Under the pieces are notes generated by a model. That model was not told the DNA's origin. It saw only the letters and a list, made by a program, of their open reading frames with translations, and ran no database searches. A DNA stretch of 64,000 nucleotides from Lama glama (Eukaryota): the NCBI GenBank assembly GCA_028534125.1, contig CM052839.1, positions 14,012,001-14,076,000 on the forward strand. Reading direction: 5' to 3'. This document shows positions 63,521 to 64,000 of the stretch, piece after piece. The position numbers and the translations under genes are program-made. How positions within the stretch are numbered: the first letter of the stretch is position 1; each line of letters begins with the position of its first letter.

Positions 63521-64000
63521 GGAGGCAGGTGGCGGGCTGCAGGTGGACTTGCAAGTCATGAGCACCGCAAGGTTTCCGTACTGAACGGGCGGGGGCGGAA
63601 CGGAGGGGCTGGCAGCCAAGGGGGAAGGCCGTGGGCTGGACGTCGGCCCCCCACGTGGTGGCTTCGGATACCCGTTGTATGAGGAGTTGTGGGAACTGCA
63701 CAGATGGGGCTGACGGCACCCTTCAGGGAGTCAGTCCTCCGAGATGAGGTGAGTGGCCTGGGACAGACGCTTTGGGGCGACTGGGACGTCCAGGTGGAGA
63801 GTCAGGCGGGTGGCTTAGGCCCGTAGGTGGGGTGAGACAGAGGTTGGGGGTGATAGGTGAGGCTGTCTAGATGAGGCACAAAGAAGGGGGTGCCCCCAGC
63901 TCCAGCCCTTAAAGACCGTGTGGCCAGGCAGTGGGGAGGGGCTGCCGCCAGCTGTGCCTAGGGGTGCGAGCCGGCCGTGTGAGTGAGGTTAGAATAGTGT

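Overview
GC-rich mammalian genomic DNA, syntenic with human 17p11.2, carrying two minus-strand genes in tandem. MYO15A (unconventional myosin XVa) is present as its complete coding region. I traced coding exons 2-66 by hand from 61147 to 18134. All have GT-AG boundaries and consistent phases, giving about 10,521 nt or 3,506 aa. Non-coding exon 1 probably lies beyond the window's right end. ALKBH5 (m6A demethylase) is represented by its CpG-island promoter, exon 1 and exon 2, and its remaining exons fall left of the window. Repeats are mainly old (MIR, L2, L1M, MER20, MER2, MaLR). I saw no Alu, B1, Bov-tA, PRE or SINEC elements, and one young L1 tail looks cetartiodactyl, possibly camelid (inference). 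Notable items not called as such in the ORF track: (1) a 150-nt alternative first coding exon in MYO15A intron 2 encoding exactly 50 aa (isoform-3-like); (2) the 6-nt IK microexon with a downstream TGCATG; (3) an exonized MIR supplying codons and the donor site of exon 34; (4) two minisatellites that multiply splice-site sequences; (5) a ~95-bp inverted repeat upstream of exon 2; (6) POU4F-like motifs and uORFs; (7) two N runs whose lengths match the missing codons exactly. Exon numbers and human comparisons come from my recollection of the human genes, not from a search.
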